Shown one piece after another: positions 42,269 to 52,382 of a stretch of DNA of 64,000 nucleotides (the stretch's first letter is position 1; each line of letters begins with the position of its first letter). Source of the DNA: Candidatus Nanopelagicales bacterium (GTDB taxonomy: Bacteria; Actinomycetota; Actinomycetes; S36-B12; UBA10799); NCBI GenBank assembly GCA_041393775.1, contig JAWKJM010000003.1:30811-94810 (forward strand), read 5' to 3'. The position numbers were made by a program, and so were the translations under genes. The notes below the pieces were generated by a model. The model was not told the DNA's origin and searched no databases. It worked only from the letters and a program-made list of their open reading frames with translations.

Positions 42269-43345
42269 TCACCCCGTCGGCGGCGGCGGTGGCCCGGGCT
42301 CGACGTCGATCCGGGTGCCCTCGGCCGCCGAGCGGTGCGCGGCCAGCGAGAACGCCAGCAGGTCGCGTCCCTGCTCGCCGGTGAGTACCGGATCACCGCC
42401 GTCCTCGAGTGCGTGGACGAAATGCCGGCCGGACTTGATGAACGACACCCCCCAGTCGGATTTCATGTCGTCCATGTGGGTGGTCACCTGGTTCTTGTAG
42501 AGGATCACCGGCGCGACGTCCAGCATCCGGCCGTGCCCGCGCGTCACCCAGATCACGCCCTTGCTCCCGACGACCTCGATGCCGTCGTCCTGGCCGTAGT
42601 AGCGCCCGTGCATCTGCAGTTCCGGCGAGAAGGTGGCCTGGAACGTGCCCACCGCGCCGTCGGCGTACTGCCACGAAACCAGCGACGGCGAGTCCAGCAT
42701 CCCGTTGAAACTGTTGCCGATGTAGGCGTGCACGCTCTTGGGGAACCCGTGCAGGTACCACGCGGAGGAGAACTTGTGGTGCCCGTCGTCGAAGACCTGC
42801 GGGCCGCCACCGCTTCGGCTCATGTCGAAGCGCCACGCCATCGCCTCGGCCGGCACCTCCCAGCCCTGTGTCGAGTAACCCGCCGACGACTTCACCCGGA
42901 TGCTCAGCACGTCCCCGATCTCGCCGTTGTCGATCAGGTTGCGGGCACGCTGGATCGGCGGGTAGAAGACGAAGTTCTCGAACAGTTTCAGCCTCACCCC
43001 GGCCCGGGCTGCCGTGTCGATGATCGCCTGTGCCTGGGCGACGTCCATGGCCATCGGCTTCTGCAGCGAGATGTGCTTGCCTGCCGCCGCCGCCTGTTCG
43101 GCGATCTGTTCATGCAGATCGTGAGGCACCAGCACTTCCACCATGTCCACGTCGTCGCGCGCCAGCAGTTCGGCGGCGTCGGCGTGGCGGGCGGACTCCG
43201 GCACCGACCAGGCCGCCCCGCGGGTGTTCCGGTTCTTCTCGTCCGGATCGGCCACGGCGGTGATCGTGGCGTGCTTGGTCTTCAGGTAGGCTGCGGCGTG
43301 CAGGTCGGAGATCCGCCCGCAACCGATGATGCCGACTCTGATCAT
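42269..43345 (-). CDS. Gfo/Idh/MocA family oxidoreductase, 358 aa
   Basis: It has the MIRVGIIGCGRISDLHAAAY Rossmann N-terminus typical of the family. The start overlaps the upstream stop. Confidence 0.85.
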   Translation of the reverse strand: MIRVGIIGCGRISDLHAAAYLKTKHATITAVADPDEKNRNTRGAAWSVPESARHADAAELLARDDVDMVEVLVPHDLHEQIAEQAAAAGKHISLQKPMAMDVAQAQAIIDTAARAGVRLKLFENFVFYPPIQRARNLIDNGEIGDVLSIRVKSSAGYSTQGWEVPAEAMAWRFDMSRSGGGPQVFDDGHHKFSSAWYLHGFPKSVHAYIGNSFNGMLDSPSLVSWQYADGAVGTFQATFSPELQMHGRYYGQDDGIEVVGSKGVIWVTRGHGRMLDVAPVILYKNQVTTHMDDMKSDWGVSFIKSGRHFVHALEDGGDPVLTGEQGRDLLAFSLAAHRSAAEGTRIDVEPGPPPPPTG

Positions 43346-45021
43346 GGTTCCTCCCAGAGGTCGAGGTCCGCACCGAGATGTGCCTGCTGCACATGCTCGT
43401 TGTACAACTTGCGCCAGCCGGTGGCGCGGTCCGGCGGCCGTGTCCAGGCCGCCCGCCGGGCCTGCAGTTCCGCCGCGGGGACGAGCAGGTCCAACCGCCC
43501 GCCCGGGACGTCGAGGCGGATCCGGTCCCCGGTGCGCACCAGGGCCAACGGCCCGCCCACCGCTGCCTCCGGCGCGACGTGCAGCACAACCGTCCCGTAG
43601 GCCGTGCCGCTCATCCGGGCATCCGACACCCGCACCATGTCCCGGACCCCCTGCTCGGCGAGCCGCCGGGGGATCGGGAAGGATCCAGCCTCGGGCATCC
43701 CGGCGCCGACCGGACCGGCGTTGCGCATCACCAGGATCGTGTCGGCCGTGATCGGCAGGTCCGGATCGTCGAGCCGTTCAGCGACGTCCTCCGGCGACTC
43801 GAAGACGACCGCGGGCGCCTCATGCACGAGCAAGTCGTCGCTGGCGGCCGCCACCTTGATCACCGCGCCGTCGGGGGCCAAGGACCCGCGCACCACCGCC
43901 AGCCCACCGGCGGGCTTGACCGGATCGGACAGCGGACGGATCGTCGTGGTGCCCGGCGTCGTAACGGTGCCCAACCGGTCGGCCAGCGTGCCGCCCTCGA
44001 CCACCGGCGCCCCGGGCCGCAGAAACTCGCGCAGCACCGTGAGCAGCGCTGGCACGCCGCCGGCCCGGTGCAGGTCCTCCAAGTAGCCACTGCCCGCCGG
44101 CTTGAGGTCGGCGATGACCGGGACGTCCCGGGAGACCGCCGCGAAGTCGTCGAGTTCCAAGTCGACCCCGGCCCGGTGCGCGATGGCCAGCAGATGCACG
44201 ACGGCGTTGGTCGAACCGCCGATGGCCGCCAGCACCACCAGCGCGTTGTGCAGCGAATCCGCGGTGACCAACTCGCGCATCGGGACGCCGCCGTCGGCCA
44301 GCCCTACCGCGGTGCGTCCGGCCGCCACCCCCGCGCGCAAGCGGTCACCGGTGGGGGCGGGCGCGGTGGCAGAACCCGGAAGCGCAAGGCCCATCGCCTC
44401 CACGATGCAAGCCATGGTCGAGGCCGTGCCCATGACCATGCAGGTGCCGGCGGTGGTGGCTAGAGCGGTCTGCACCTCGTCGATCTCGGAGTCGTCCAGG
44501 TCGCCGGCCCGGTGGCTCGCCCACATGCGGCGGCAGTCCGTGCAGGCGCCGAGTCGCTGGCCCTGGTAGGAGGAGGTGAGCATCGGCCCGGTCACCAGTG
44601 ACACCGCGGGCACCCCGGCCGACACCGCGGCCATCACCTGTGCCGGGACGGTCTTGTCGCAGCCGCCGACCAGCACGGCCGCGTCCATGGGCTGTGCGCG
44701 CAGGAGTTCCTCTGTCACCATCGCGTCCAGGTTGCGGAACAGCATCGACGTCGGATTCAGCAGGATCTCCGGCAGCGACATCGAGCCGAACACCATCGGC
44801 AGGCCACCCGCTTCCAGGACTCCGCGCTTGACCGCGGCCACGAGTTCGGGCATCTGCCGGTGGCACGTCGTGTAGTCACTGGAGGTGTCGACGATCCCGA
44901 TCACCGGCCGGTCCAGGTCGTCGGAGTCGTAGCCGGCCGACGCCAGGAACGCCCCGCGCAGGAAGCGGCTGAAACCCCGGTCCCCGTAGGACGTCAGCCC
45001 GCGATCGAATCCTCGGCTCAT
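43342..45021 (-). CDS. IlvD/Edd family dehydratase (sugar-acid dehydratase type), 559 aa
   Basis: Motifs are PVIGIVDTSSDYTTCH, LVGGCDKTVPAQVMA, TAGTCMVMGTASTM and AIGGSTNAVVHLLAIA. Confidence 0.85.
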   Translation of the reverse strand: MSRGFDRGLTSYGDRGFSRFLRGAFLASAGYDSDDLDRPVIGIVDTSSDYTTCHRQMPELVAAVKRGVLEAGGLPMVFGSMSLPEILLNPTSMLFRNLDAMVTEELLRAQPMDAAVLVGGCDKTVPAQVMAAVSAGVPAVSLVTGPMLTSSYQGQRLGACTDCRRMWASHRAGDLDDSEIDEVQTALATTAGTCMVMGTASTMACIVEAMGLALPGSATAPAPTGDRLRAGVAAGRTAVGLADGGVPMRELVTADSLHNALVVLAAIGGSTNAVVHLLAIAHRAGVDLELDDFAAVSRDVPVIADLKPAGSGYLEDLHRAGGVPALLTVLREFLRPGAPVVEGGTLADRLGTVTTPGTTTIRPLSDPVKPAGGLAVVRGSLAPDGAVIKVAAASDDLLVHEAPAVVFESPEDVAERLDDPDLPITADTILVMRNAGPVGAGMPEAGSFPIPRRLAEQGVRDMVRVSDARMSGTAYGTVVLHVAPEAAVGGPLALVRTGDRIRLDVPGGRLDLLVPAAELQARRAAWTRPPDRATGWRKLYNEHVQQAHLGADLDLWEEP

Positions 45022-46466
45022 GAGGGCGGGCCGGGAAGCAGGACGTTGACGTACTTGGCGTGGGTGTAGGCCTCGACCCCCTCGGTTCCGCCCTCCCGGC
45101 CGAATCCGGAGTACTTGACTCCTCCGAACGGCGCCTCCGCGGTGGCGATCGTCAGATGGTTCACGCCGACCATCCCGGTCTCCAGCGCCTCCGATGCGCG
45201 GTAGGCGGTGTCGAGGTCACGGGTGTACACGAACCCGGCCAGGCCGTAGGCCGTGGAGTTGGCCAGGGCGACCGCGTCGTCGAAGCCGCTGAAGGGGGTG
45301 ATGGGAGCGATCGGCCCGAACGGCTCGTCGGTCATCACCGACATGTCCGTGGTCACGTTGGTCAGCACGGTGGGTTCGAAGAAGAAGCCGGCCTGGAACT
45401 CCTCGGGCCGCACCCCGCCGTGCGCCAGCGTGGCCCCCTTGTCGACCGCGTCGGCCACCATGGCCTCCACCGCTTCCCGGCGTTTGGCCGAGCCCAGCGG
45501 GCCCATGTCGCTGCGCGGGTCCCGGCCGGGTCCCAGCCGCAGTTGCCGGGTCTGGTCGACGAACGCCGCGGTGAACGTCTCGGCCACCGATTCGTGCACG
45601 AGGAACCGGCTGGCCGAGATGCAGACCTGGCCCGCGTTGCGGAACTTGCCCAGAGCTGCGGCTCGGGCGGCGGCGTCGATGTCGGCGTCGGGGAACACCA
45701 GGACCGGCGAGTGCCCGCCGAGTTCCATGGACACCGACTTCAGCGTCTTGGCGGCCAGCGTGGTCAAGGCGATGCCCACCGGCACCGACCCGGTCAGGGT
45801 CACCTTCCGGATGATCGGCGAGGTGAGCAGTTGCTCGCTGAGCGCGGGCGGCTCCCCGGTGACCATGTTGAGCACCCCGGCGGGCAGTCCGGCGCGCTCG
45901 GCGGCTTCGGCGAACAACAGGCAACTCAGCGGCGCTTCGATCGGTGGCACCACCACCAGCGAGCATCCCACGGCCAGGGCCGGCGCGATCTTGCGCGCGG
46001 GCAGCAGTGACGGGAAGTTCCACGGCGCGAAGGCGGCGACCGGCCCGACCGGCTCGCGCCGCACCGTGATCCGCATCTGCGTGCTGTGCCCGTCGACCGT
46101 GCGGCCGTAGATGCGGCGGGCCTCGTCGGCGTACCAGTCGAACTGGTCGGCGCTGGACAGCACCTCCGCCTTCGCCTGCGCCAGCGGCTTGCCCTGCTCG
46201 GCGGTCATCACCTCGGCGTATCGGTCGACCTCGGCGCGCACGATCCGCGCCATCTCCCGCAGGACCGCGGATCGTTCCCAGGCACCGGTCGCGCGCCAGG
46301 CCCCGAAGCCGGCCTGCGCCGCGGACAGGGCCTCATCCACGTCTGCGGTGGTGGCCACCGGCACCGAGGTCACAGCTTCTTCGGTGGCCGGGTCGAGGAC
46401 GTCCACCCGGGCACCGTCGGACGCCTCGCGCCACTGCCCGTCGATGTACAGGTTGTTCGGGGTCAT
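45018..46466 (-). CDS. NAD(P)-dependent aldehyde dehydrogenase, ~482 aa
   Basis: Motifs are FAPWNFP, MELGGHSP, RNAGQVCISASR and EPFGP. ATG 46466 lies just after the upstream stop; ATG 46484 is the alternative start. Confidence 0.85.
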   Translation of the reverse strand: MTPNNLYIDGQWREASDGARVDVLDPATEEAVTSVPVATTADVDEALSAAQAGFGAWRATGAWERSAVLREMARIVRAEVDRYAEVMTAEQGKPLAQAKAEVLSSADQFDWYADEARRIYGRTVDGHSTQMRITVRREPVGPVAAFAPWNFPSLLPARKIAPALAVGCSLVVVPPIEAPLSCLLFAEAAERAGLPAGVLNMVTGEPPALSEQLLTSPIIRKVTLTGSVPVGIALTTLAAKTLKSVSMELGGHSPVLVFPDADIDAAARAAALGKFRNAGQVCISASRFLVHESVAETFTAAFVDQTRQLRLGPGRDPRSDMGPLGSAKRREAVEAMVADAVDKGATLAHGGVRPEEFQAGFFFEPTVLTNVTTDMSVMTDEPFGPIAPITPFSGFDDAVALANSTAYGLAGFVYTRDLDTAYRASEALETGMVGVNHLTIATAEAPFGGVKYSGFGREGGTEGVEAYTHAKYVNVLLPGPPS

Positions 46467-46467
46467 C

Positions 46468-48324
46468 TCACAGACCGATCTCATGTCGTAGCCGTTGGGT
46501 GTCCGACACCCAGTTACCGACGTTCCAGCTGCCGTACGCGCCCAAGCCGCCGAGTTCGTCGGGGCCGTAGTAGACAGGCACGTGGATCACGGCCATGCCC
46601 TTGTAGGCGAGCGCATCGGCCATCGCCTCCCGCAGGGAATCGACACTGTGACCCCCATGCACGGCCAGGACCCCGTCCACCGCCGACGCCCACCGGACGT
46701 AGTCGACGGCCACGGAATCGCTGGTCGCGAAGTCATGACCGTACTGCGCCTCCTGCAGGCTCGAGATGGCCGCCATGCGCCGGTTGTCGAGGATCACGAT
46801 CACTGCGTCGGCCCCGTGCTGCACCCCGTCGATCAGCGCCTGCGGGTTCATGGTGAACGAGCCGTCGCCGGTGACCGCGACCGCCTGCCAGGGCTGCTCC
46901 GACAGCGCGGTCGCCAGCGTCGCCGAAGTGGCGAAACCCATGTAGGACGCCCCGCCGTCGGTGATCGTCTGTCCTTCGCGCGTATCGGCGCTGATCTGGA
47001 AACCGTTGGCCTGGACGTCACCGGCGTCGAAGAAGCACACGGCGTTCGCCTTCGCGGCTTCGGTGAGGACCGTATGGATCGCCGCGGGCTGGGTCATCAC
47101 TTCGCGCTGCCAGACCTCGTCGAACAGCACCGGGTGGTCGAGCCGTTGCTGTTTGAACGCCTCCCACGCCTTCCGCTGCTGCTGGCACTCGGTCGGCCAG
47201 GTCGTCGGTTGCCTGGTCCCAAGGCGGCGCACCGCCGCGATCAGCAGGTCCAGGGTCGGTCCGGCATCCCCGACCAGCGCGGTGGTGTCGCTGTAGTGCA
47301 TCGCCGCGTCGATGTCGGTGTTGATATTGATCACGTGCCGGACGTTGGGGTATCCGGTCCGGCTGCTGTCGGACTGGCACACCGCGCGGGTGCCGACCGC
47401 GACCAGTACGTCGGCGTTGGTCATCGCGTAGTTGCCGGAGATGGAACCCTTCGAACCGCCCACCGTCATGTTGCGGGGGTCGTCGGCCGGCACGATGCCA
47501 CTGCTGATCGGCGACGTGACGAACACCGCGTCCGTCAGTTCGGCCAGTTGCTGCAGTTGTGTCCCGCAGCCCTTGGCGCCGCCGCCGATCTTGACGATGG
47601 GACGCCGCGACGACAGCAGGATCTCCGCGGCCTGTTCGTACCCGCCTGCGGCCGGACCCATCGCGGGTGGGGCGCCCGCCGGCAGTTCCCGCAATGCGAA
47701 GTCGGCCAGCACCGCGGGCTGGGTGTTCAGCGGCAGCAGCACAAAGAACGGACCCGGCCGGTGGGGGTGGTCGACGGTGTTCAACCCGCGCCGGAGGGCG
47801 GTGGCGAGGGCCGCGGGCGTGTGCAGCGAATAGGCCTGGCCCATCGTGGCGGCCAGCCGCAGGAAGAGCCCCTGCTCGGCGCGGGGGATCTGCTGCATGT
47901 TGGGGCCCTCGTCCTCGGTGGTCTCGTCGCCGTAGATGTGCCAGACACCCACGCCGTCGCTGGCCGCGACCAGGGAACCGGCCATCGCGTGCAGAGCGCC
48001 CGGGCCGATCGAGGTGACCACCGCCGCCTTCTCGCCGGTCACCCAGCGCAACGCTGTCGCCGCGTGGGAGGCGGCGGTTTCGTGGCGCACATTGAAGACC
48101 CGCACGGCGCCGGCCTCGGCGTAGACCCGCAGCACCTCGCCGAGTTCGGTGGAGCCGTGCCCAAACACGGTGATGTAGGTGCGGACACCCTGGCGCAGCA
48201 GGCCGAGCACCAGGGCTTCGGCGAGGGTGAGGTCGGCGCGCGCAGGCAGGGTCCCGCTGTTCAGTGCGTTCTCGAAGCCGCCGTCGTGCGCGATGGCACG
48301 GGCCCTTGCCGAAACCAGATCCAC
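46468..48324 (-). CDS. TPP-dependent enzyme, IolD-like (trihydroxycyclohexanedione acylhydrolase-like) subfamily suspected, 618 aa
   Basis: Motifs are FGHGSTELGEVL..., TSIGPGALHAMAG, GDETTEDEGPNMQQIP and TGDGSFTMNPQALIDG. The subfamily call is tentative. Confidence 0.7.
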   Translation of the reverse strand: MDLVSARARAIAHDGGFENALNSGTLPARADLTLAEALVLGLLRQGVRTYITVFGHGSTELGEVLRVYAEAGAVRVFNVRHETAASHAATALRWVTGEKAAVVTSIGPGALHAMAGSLVAASDGVGVWHIYGDETTEDEGPNMQQIPRAEQGLFLRLAATMGQAYSLHTPAALATALRRGLNTVDHPHRPGPFFVLLPLNTQPAVLADFALRELPAGAPPAMGPAAGGYEQAAEILLSSRRPIVKIGGGAKGCGTQLQQLAELTDAVFVTSPISSGIVPADDPRNMTVGGSKGSISGNYAMTNADVLVAVGTRAVCQSDSSRTGYPNVRHVININTDIDAAMHYSDTTALVGDAGPTLDLLIAAVRRLGTRQPTTWPTECQQQRKAWEAFKQQRLDHPVLFDEVWQREVMTQPAAIHTVLTEAAKANAVCFFDAGDVQANGFQISADTREGQTITDGGASYMGFATSATLATALSEQPWQAVAVTGDGSFTMNPQALIDGVQHGADAVIVILDNRRMAAISSLQEAQYGHDFATSDSVAVDYVRWASAVDGVLAVHGGHSVDSLREAMADALAYKGMAVIHVPVYYGPDELGGLGAYGSWNVGNWVSDTQRLRHEIGL

Positions 48325-48413
48325 CTGTCCTCCCGGTGCACTCGCGACGATACTCCCAGGGGGTAGGGCGATGCAGCAGGCGTCGAGGCCGACGACCGGC
48401 GTAGTCTGCGGCT

Positions 48414-49670
48414 GTGAACCTGCCTTCGCAGGCTCCCGAGGTGGAGGCGCTGAGGGAGCCGACCAAAGAGGTCAACTGGGTGTTCCTCCTATCCATCACG
48501 ATCGCCAACATCGGCATCCTCATGGTGCTGATCACGCCCTTGAACAATCTGCTCCCCCGCTACGCCGACGCCATCACCGGCGGCGACGGGAAGGAGGCCG
48601 CGCTCGCCTGGGTCAGTGGCCTGGGGGCGGTGGCGGCGATGGTCTTCAACCCGCTGTCCGGGGCGTTCTCCGACCGGACCTCGTCACGGTTCGGCAGGCG
48701 GCGGCCATGGATCGTCGGCGGGTCGCTGACTGCAGCCGCGCTCATGGTGGTCATGTCCTACCAGGACAGCATTGTCGGGCTCGCGATCCTGTGGTTCCTG
48801 GTGCTGGCCGCGGCCAACGTCGCCTTCTCCGCGATGACCGCCTACATCCCCGACCAGGTGCCTGTGGACCAGCGCGGTTTGGTGTCGGGCTTCGTGGGTC
48901 TGGCCCAGGTGCTCGGCGTGGTCATCGGGGTGGCCCTGGTGTCGTTCGTGGTCACCGACCTGCAGCAAGGCACCTGGCTGGTCGCCGGCGCGATGGTGGT
49001 GATGCTGATGCCGATGGTCCTGCTCATCAAGGATGCCCGGCTCCCCCGGGAGGCGGTCGCGCCGTTCCACTGGGGGCGGTTCTGGTCGGGATTCTGGGTC
49101 AGCCCCAAGCAGTACCCGGACTTCGCGTGGGCCTGGATCACCCGGTTCCTGGTGTGGTTGGGAACCTCGCTGGCGACGATCTACCTGTTGTTCTACCTGA
49201 AGGATTTCCTGGAGTACCCCGAGCCGGAGCAGGGCCAGACCACGCTCATCGGACTGTACGGCTTGGGCACCATCGTCACCGCGGTGATCGGCGGCAAGTT
49301 GTCCGACCGCTCGGGCAAGCGCAAGATCTTCGTCATCGCGGCCTCCATCGTCATGGGCCTGTCGGTTCTGATCCTCGCGTTCGTCCCGAGCTTCGGCGCG
49401 GCATGCCTGGGGGCGTTCCTGTTGGGCAACGGCTACGGCGTCTACCTGGCCGTGGACCAGGCGCTCATCACGCAGGTGCTGCCGGCAGCCAAGGACCGCG
49501 CACGGGACCTGGGCGTCATCAATATCGCCAACACCGCCCCGCAGATCATCGCCCCGGTGCTGGCCGCGCCCCTGGTCACAATGCTCGGCTATCCTGCCCT
49601 GTTCTCGGCGACTGCGCTGGTCATGGTGCTGTCGGGCATTCTCGTGCGGTTCATCCGCAGCGTTCCATAG
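48414..49670 (+). CDS. MFS transporter, 418 aa
   Basis: It has about 12 hydrophobic segments and the loop motif SDRTSSRFGRRRPW (MFS motif A). It is transcribed divergently from the catabolic operon. Confidence 0.8.
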   Translation: MNLPSQAPEVEALREPTKEVNWVFLLSITIANIGILMVLITPLNNLLPRYADAITGGDGKEAALAWVSGLGAVAAMVFNPLSGAFSDRTSSRFGRRRPWIVGGSLTAAALMVVMSYQDSIVGLAILWFLVLAAANVAFSAMTAYIPDQVPVDQRGLVSGFVGLAQVLGVVIGVALVSFVVTDLQQGTWLVAGAMVVMLMPMVLLIKDARLPREAVAPFHWGRFWSGFWVSPKQYPDFAWAWITRFLVWLGTSLATIYLLFYLKDFLEYPEPEQGQTTLIGLYGLGTIVTAVIGGKLSDRSGKRKIFVIAASIVMGLSVLILAFVPSFGAACLGAFLLGNGYGVYLAVDQALITQVLPAAKDRARDLGVINIANTAPQIIAPVLAAPLVTMLGYPALFSATALVMVLSGILVRFIRSVP

Positions 49671-49717
49671 GACTTTGGGCGCACGGCGTCACTGAGTGAC
49701 CAGATATGCCCAAAGTC
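49670..49717. repeat. Palindromic intergenic repeat, family P copy 3; probable bidirectional terminator
   Basis: GGACTTTGGGC (49670-49680) pairs with GCCCAAAGTC (49708-49717). The inner palindrome is GTCACTGAGTGAC. It lies between convergent stops. Confidence 0.75.
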
Positions 49718-49728
49718 TGCCGGCACAC

Positions 49729-50949
49729 CTACACCAACGGCACGTCGGCGTTGGGCCGCAGCGTCACCTTGACCGCCTGCGCCTTTGGCCCTGCCGACGC
49801 GGTCTCCATGCCCTGCGTCCACTCGTCAAGGTCGTACTGGTGGGTGACCAGGCCATCGACGCGGTACGCCGGGTCGGCCAGCCACTCGGCGACCTGCTCC
49901 ATCGTCCGGCGCCCGCCCAGCGACGGCTCCGGTCCGGAGTTGATGGTCCCCTGCACGGTGAGTTCCCGGCTCCAGACCAGGCTCCAGTCCGCAGTCTGCT
50001 TGCCGGCTGCCCCGACCAGAACCAGCATCCCGCCCGGGCGCAGGATGTGCAGCGACAAGTCGATCGTGTCCGGGTACCCGACGCAGTCGAACACCGCGTC
50101 CACACCCTGCTCCAGGATCGGCAGTTTCGTCATGCGTGGGCGCACGACGCGGCCGCCATCGCTGGCCGCCAGCGTCTCAACCGCCGCCGCCCCGGTGGGC
50201 AAGATCCGCGAGGCGCCGGCTTCAGTGGCCCGGGCCGCGCCGAACTCACCCGGGCTCACCATCGCGATGTCCAGGTCCGGGTGCAGCATGCGTAGGGCCG
50301 CCGTGACCAGCAGTCCGATCGTCCCCGGCCCGATCACCACCACCCGGTCGCCGGTGCGGTCCCATTGCAGCGCCGCGTGCAGGCCGATGGATGCGGGCTC
50401 GGCCAGAACCGCCCGGCGCGACGGTACCGACCCGATCGGGATGCACTGCGACTCGTGCGCGACCAACGACTCGCCCCAGCCTCCCCCGACCGCATCGGCG
50501 AAACCCTGGCCCGGCGCGTGGCATCCGGTGACGCCGGCCTCGTCGAAGCGCTCGCACGCGTACGGCCTGCCCTCCCGGCAGGTACGGCAGGGCTCGAACC
50601 CGCGGTGCACGCATGACAGGATCGGGTCCAGCACCACCCGCTGCCCCGCTCGCGGGCCGTCGACCACCACCCCGACCACCTCGTGGCCGGGGATCGCCTT
50701 GGGCTCGGCGTAGAACGCAGACATGACGAAGGAGTTCTTCGCGTGCGCCAGCCCGACGTCGCTGCCGCAGATCCCGGCGAGTTCCGGCTTGATTCGCAGC
50801 CAGCCTTCGGCCTTCGGCAACTTCGGTTCGGGCACGTCGGTGAGCCGCATCAACCCGCCCGGCCCCCAGCCGGCATCGTGCTTGACCTTGCCCGCCGCCG
50901 CCGTCCACAAGTAGCGCGGAGTGGACAGGTCGGCCAGAACCGCCCTCAT
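49729..50949 (-). CDS. Zinc-dependent alcohol dehydrogenase (MDR) family protein, 406 aa
   Basis: The start ATG at 50949 forms an ATGA overlap with the upstream stop. Motifs are LAGICGSDVGL, GHEVVG and VIGPGTIGLL. Confidence 0.8.
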   Translation of the reverse strand: MRAVLADLSTPRYLWTAAAGKVKHDAGWGPGGLMRLTDVPEPKLPKAEGWLRIKPELAGICGSDVGLAHAKNSFVMSAFYAEPKAIPGHEVVGVVVDGPRAGQRVVLDPILSCVHRGFEPCRTCREGRPYACERFDEAGVTGCHAPGQGFADAVGGGWGESLVAHESQCIPIGSVPSRRAVLAEPASIGLHAALQWDRTGDRVVVIGPGTIGLLVTAALRMLHPDLDIAMVSPGEFGAARATEAGASRILPTGAAAVETLAASDGGRVVRPRMTKLPILEQGVDAVFDCVGYPDTIDLSLHILRPGGMLVLVGAAGKQTADWSLVWSRELTVQGTINSGPEPSLGGRRTMEQVAEWLADPAYRVDGLVTHQYDLDEWTQGMETASAGPKAQAVKVTLRPNADVPLV

Positions 50950-52271
50950 CGCAGGCCCGGGATCTTGCTCAACAACCCGCCCTGGCCGCGCGCCTCTTTC
51001 ATGGTCCGGATGTATCTCCAGTAGTCGACCTGCATGGTGTGGCGCTCCGAGCGCACGTACCGCTTGCCCATGGCTTTCTGGTCGGCGTCGACCCACTTGT
51101 TCATCTCCTCAGCCGACGGCACAGGGAGCGCGCCGGTCAGCAGATCGCCGACCCACTCGGCCTGGTACTCGGTGAGCGGGATGCCCGAGCCGACGGTCTG
51201 GATGAATCCCATGAAGAACAAACCGGGCCGCTCCGGCGGGACGATCCGCAGGTACAACGGCATCTTGTTGTGCTCGGCGCTGTAGACCGACGGATCGAGG
51301 AACGGCAGGGAGATGTTGTAGCCCGTGGCGTAGACCACCAGGTCGACCTCTTCAGTTGTGCCGTCCACGAACGCCACCTTGTCACCGTCGAACCGCGAGA
51401 TGTCCGGTTTCATCGTGATGTCGCCGTGGCCGACCCGGTCGTACAACTCCGCCGAAACTGTCGGGTGCGCCCCCAGCAGTTTGTGGTCGGGCTTGGGCAG
51501 GCCGCGGTCCTGCGGCCGACCGGTCGCGATGCGCACGATCGCCTCGTAGGCCAGCCGCTCCACCGGGAACGGGACGTAGGCCATCATCGGCGAACTGAGC
51601 TGATCCACCGGCTTGCCCAGGGCGTATTTCGGGATCACGTGCACGCCGTGGCGGGTGGACAGCAGGACCGACTTCGCATTGCGGACGGCATCGCAGGCGA
51701 TGTCCATGCCGGAATTGCCGACCCCGATCACGAGCACACGCTTGCCCGCGAACACCGACAGGTCGCGGTAGTCGTGGGCGTGGAAGGCCTCGCCGGTGAA
51801 GTCACCCTCGAAGTGCGGGGTCTTCGGGCTCGAGTGGTGGCCGTTGGCGACTAGAACGTTGGCGTACTCCCGGGTGTGGCCGTCGGAGGTAGTGACCCGC
51901 CACCCGGTCGCGCCGGGCAGTCCCGGGCCCTCGACTGGCTCCACCTTCTCGACGGCGGTGTTGAACGTGATCAGCTCCCGCAGGCCGAAGTGGTCGGCGA
52001 AGGCCTCGAAGTACTGGGCGACCTGGTAGTACGGCGGGTAGTCGGCCCAGTCCTCGGGCATCGGGTAGCTCGGGTACTCGGTGCGCGGGCGCGACGAGTT
52101 CAGGTGCAGGGAGTGGTAGGCCGCAGCGCCACCGTTGTCGTTGTCGATCTGCCACAGCCCCCCGACGTAGGAACCCTTCTCGAACCAGTCGAAGTCGATG
52201 TTGCGGTCTTTGAGGGCCTTGCCTGCGGCGAGACCCGCCGCCCCGGCCCCGATCACACAGGCGGTCTTCAT
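50946..52271 (-). CDS. Flavin-containing monooxygenase (FMO / class B), 441 aa
   Basis: ATG 52271 gives MKTACVIGAGAAGLAAGK (FAD GxGxxG). The FMO motif is FTGEAFHAHDY and the NADPH motif is VIGVGNSGMD. Confidence 0.85.
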   Translation of the reverse strand: MKTACVIGAGAAGLAAGKALKDRNIDFDWFEKGSYVGGLWQIDNDNGGAAAYHSLHLNSSRPRTEYPSYPMPEDWADYPPYYQVAQYFEAFADHFGLRELITFNTAVEKVEPVEGPGLPGATGWRVTTSDGHTREYANVLVANGHHSSPKTPHFEGDFTGEAFHAHDYRDLSVFAGKRVLVIGVGNSGMDIACDAVRNAKSVLLSTRHGVHVIPKYALGKPVDQLSSPMMAYVPFPVERLAYEAIVRIATGRPQDRGLPKPDHKLLGAHPTVSAELYDRVGHGDITMKPDISRFDGDKVAFVDGTTEEVDLVVYATGYNISLPFLDPSVYSAEHNKMPLYLRIVPPERPGLFFMGFIQTVGSGIPLTEYQAEWVGDLLTGALPVPSAEEMNKWVDADQKAMGKRYVRSERHTMQVDYWRYIRTMKEARGQGGLLSKIPGLR

Positions 52272-52309
52272 GGGATCACGGTACTTCGGCAAGGGCCATG
52301 CCACCACGG

Positions 52310-52382
52310 GTTCGTCGGCGTTCGTGCAGTTCGATGACGCCCCTCGCGCGACGAGCATCAACGAACTGCACGGACGTCAACG
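52310..52382. repeat. Hairpin-containing direct repeat, family H copy A (overlaps the 3-prime end of the DUF559-like gene)
   Basis: The sequence is GTTCGTCGGCGTTCGTGCAGTTCGATGACGCCCCTCGCGCGACGAGCATCAACGAACTGCACGGACG. The stem pairs GTGCAGTTCG (52324-52333) with CGAACTGCAC (52362-52371). Confidence 0.75.

Noticed and set aside
38542-48366. Large + strand ORFs 38542-40170 and 46495-48366, antisense to the epimerase/TPP genes and the IolD-like gene
   Set aside because: They have the same shadow-ORF character, while the minus-strand products carry Rossmann and TPP-binding motifs.
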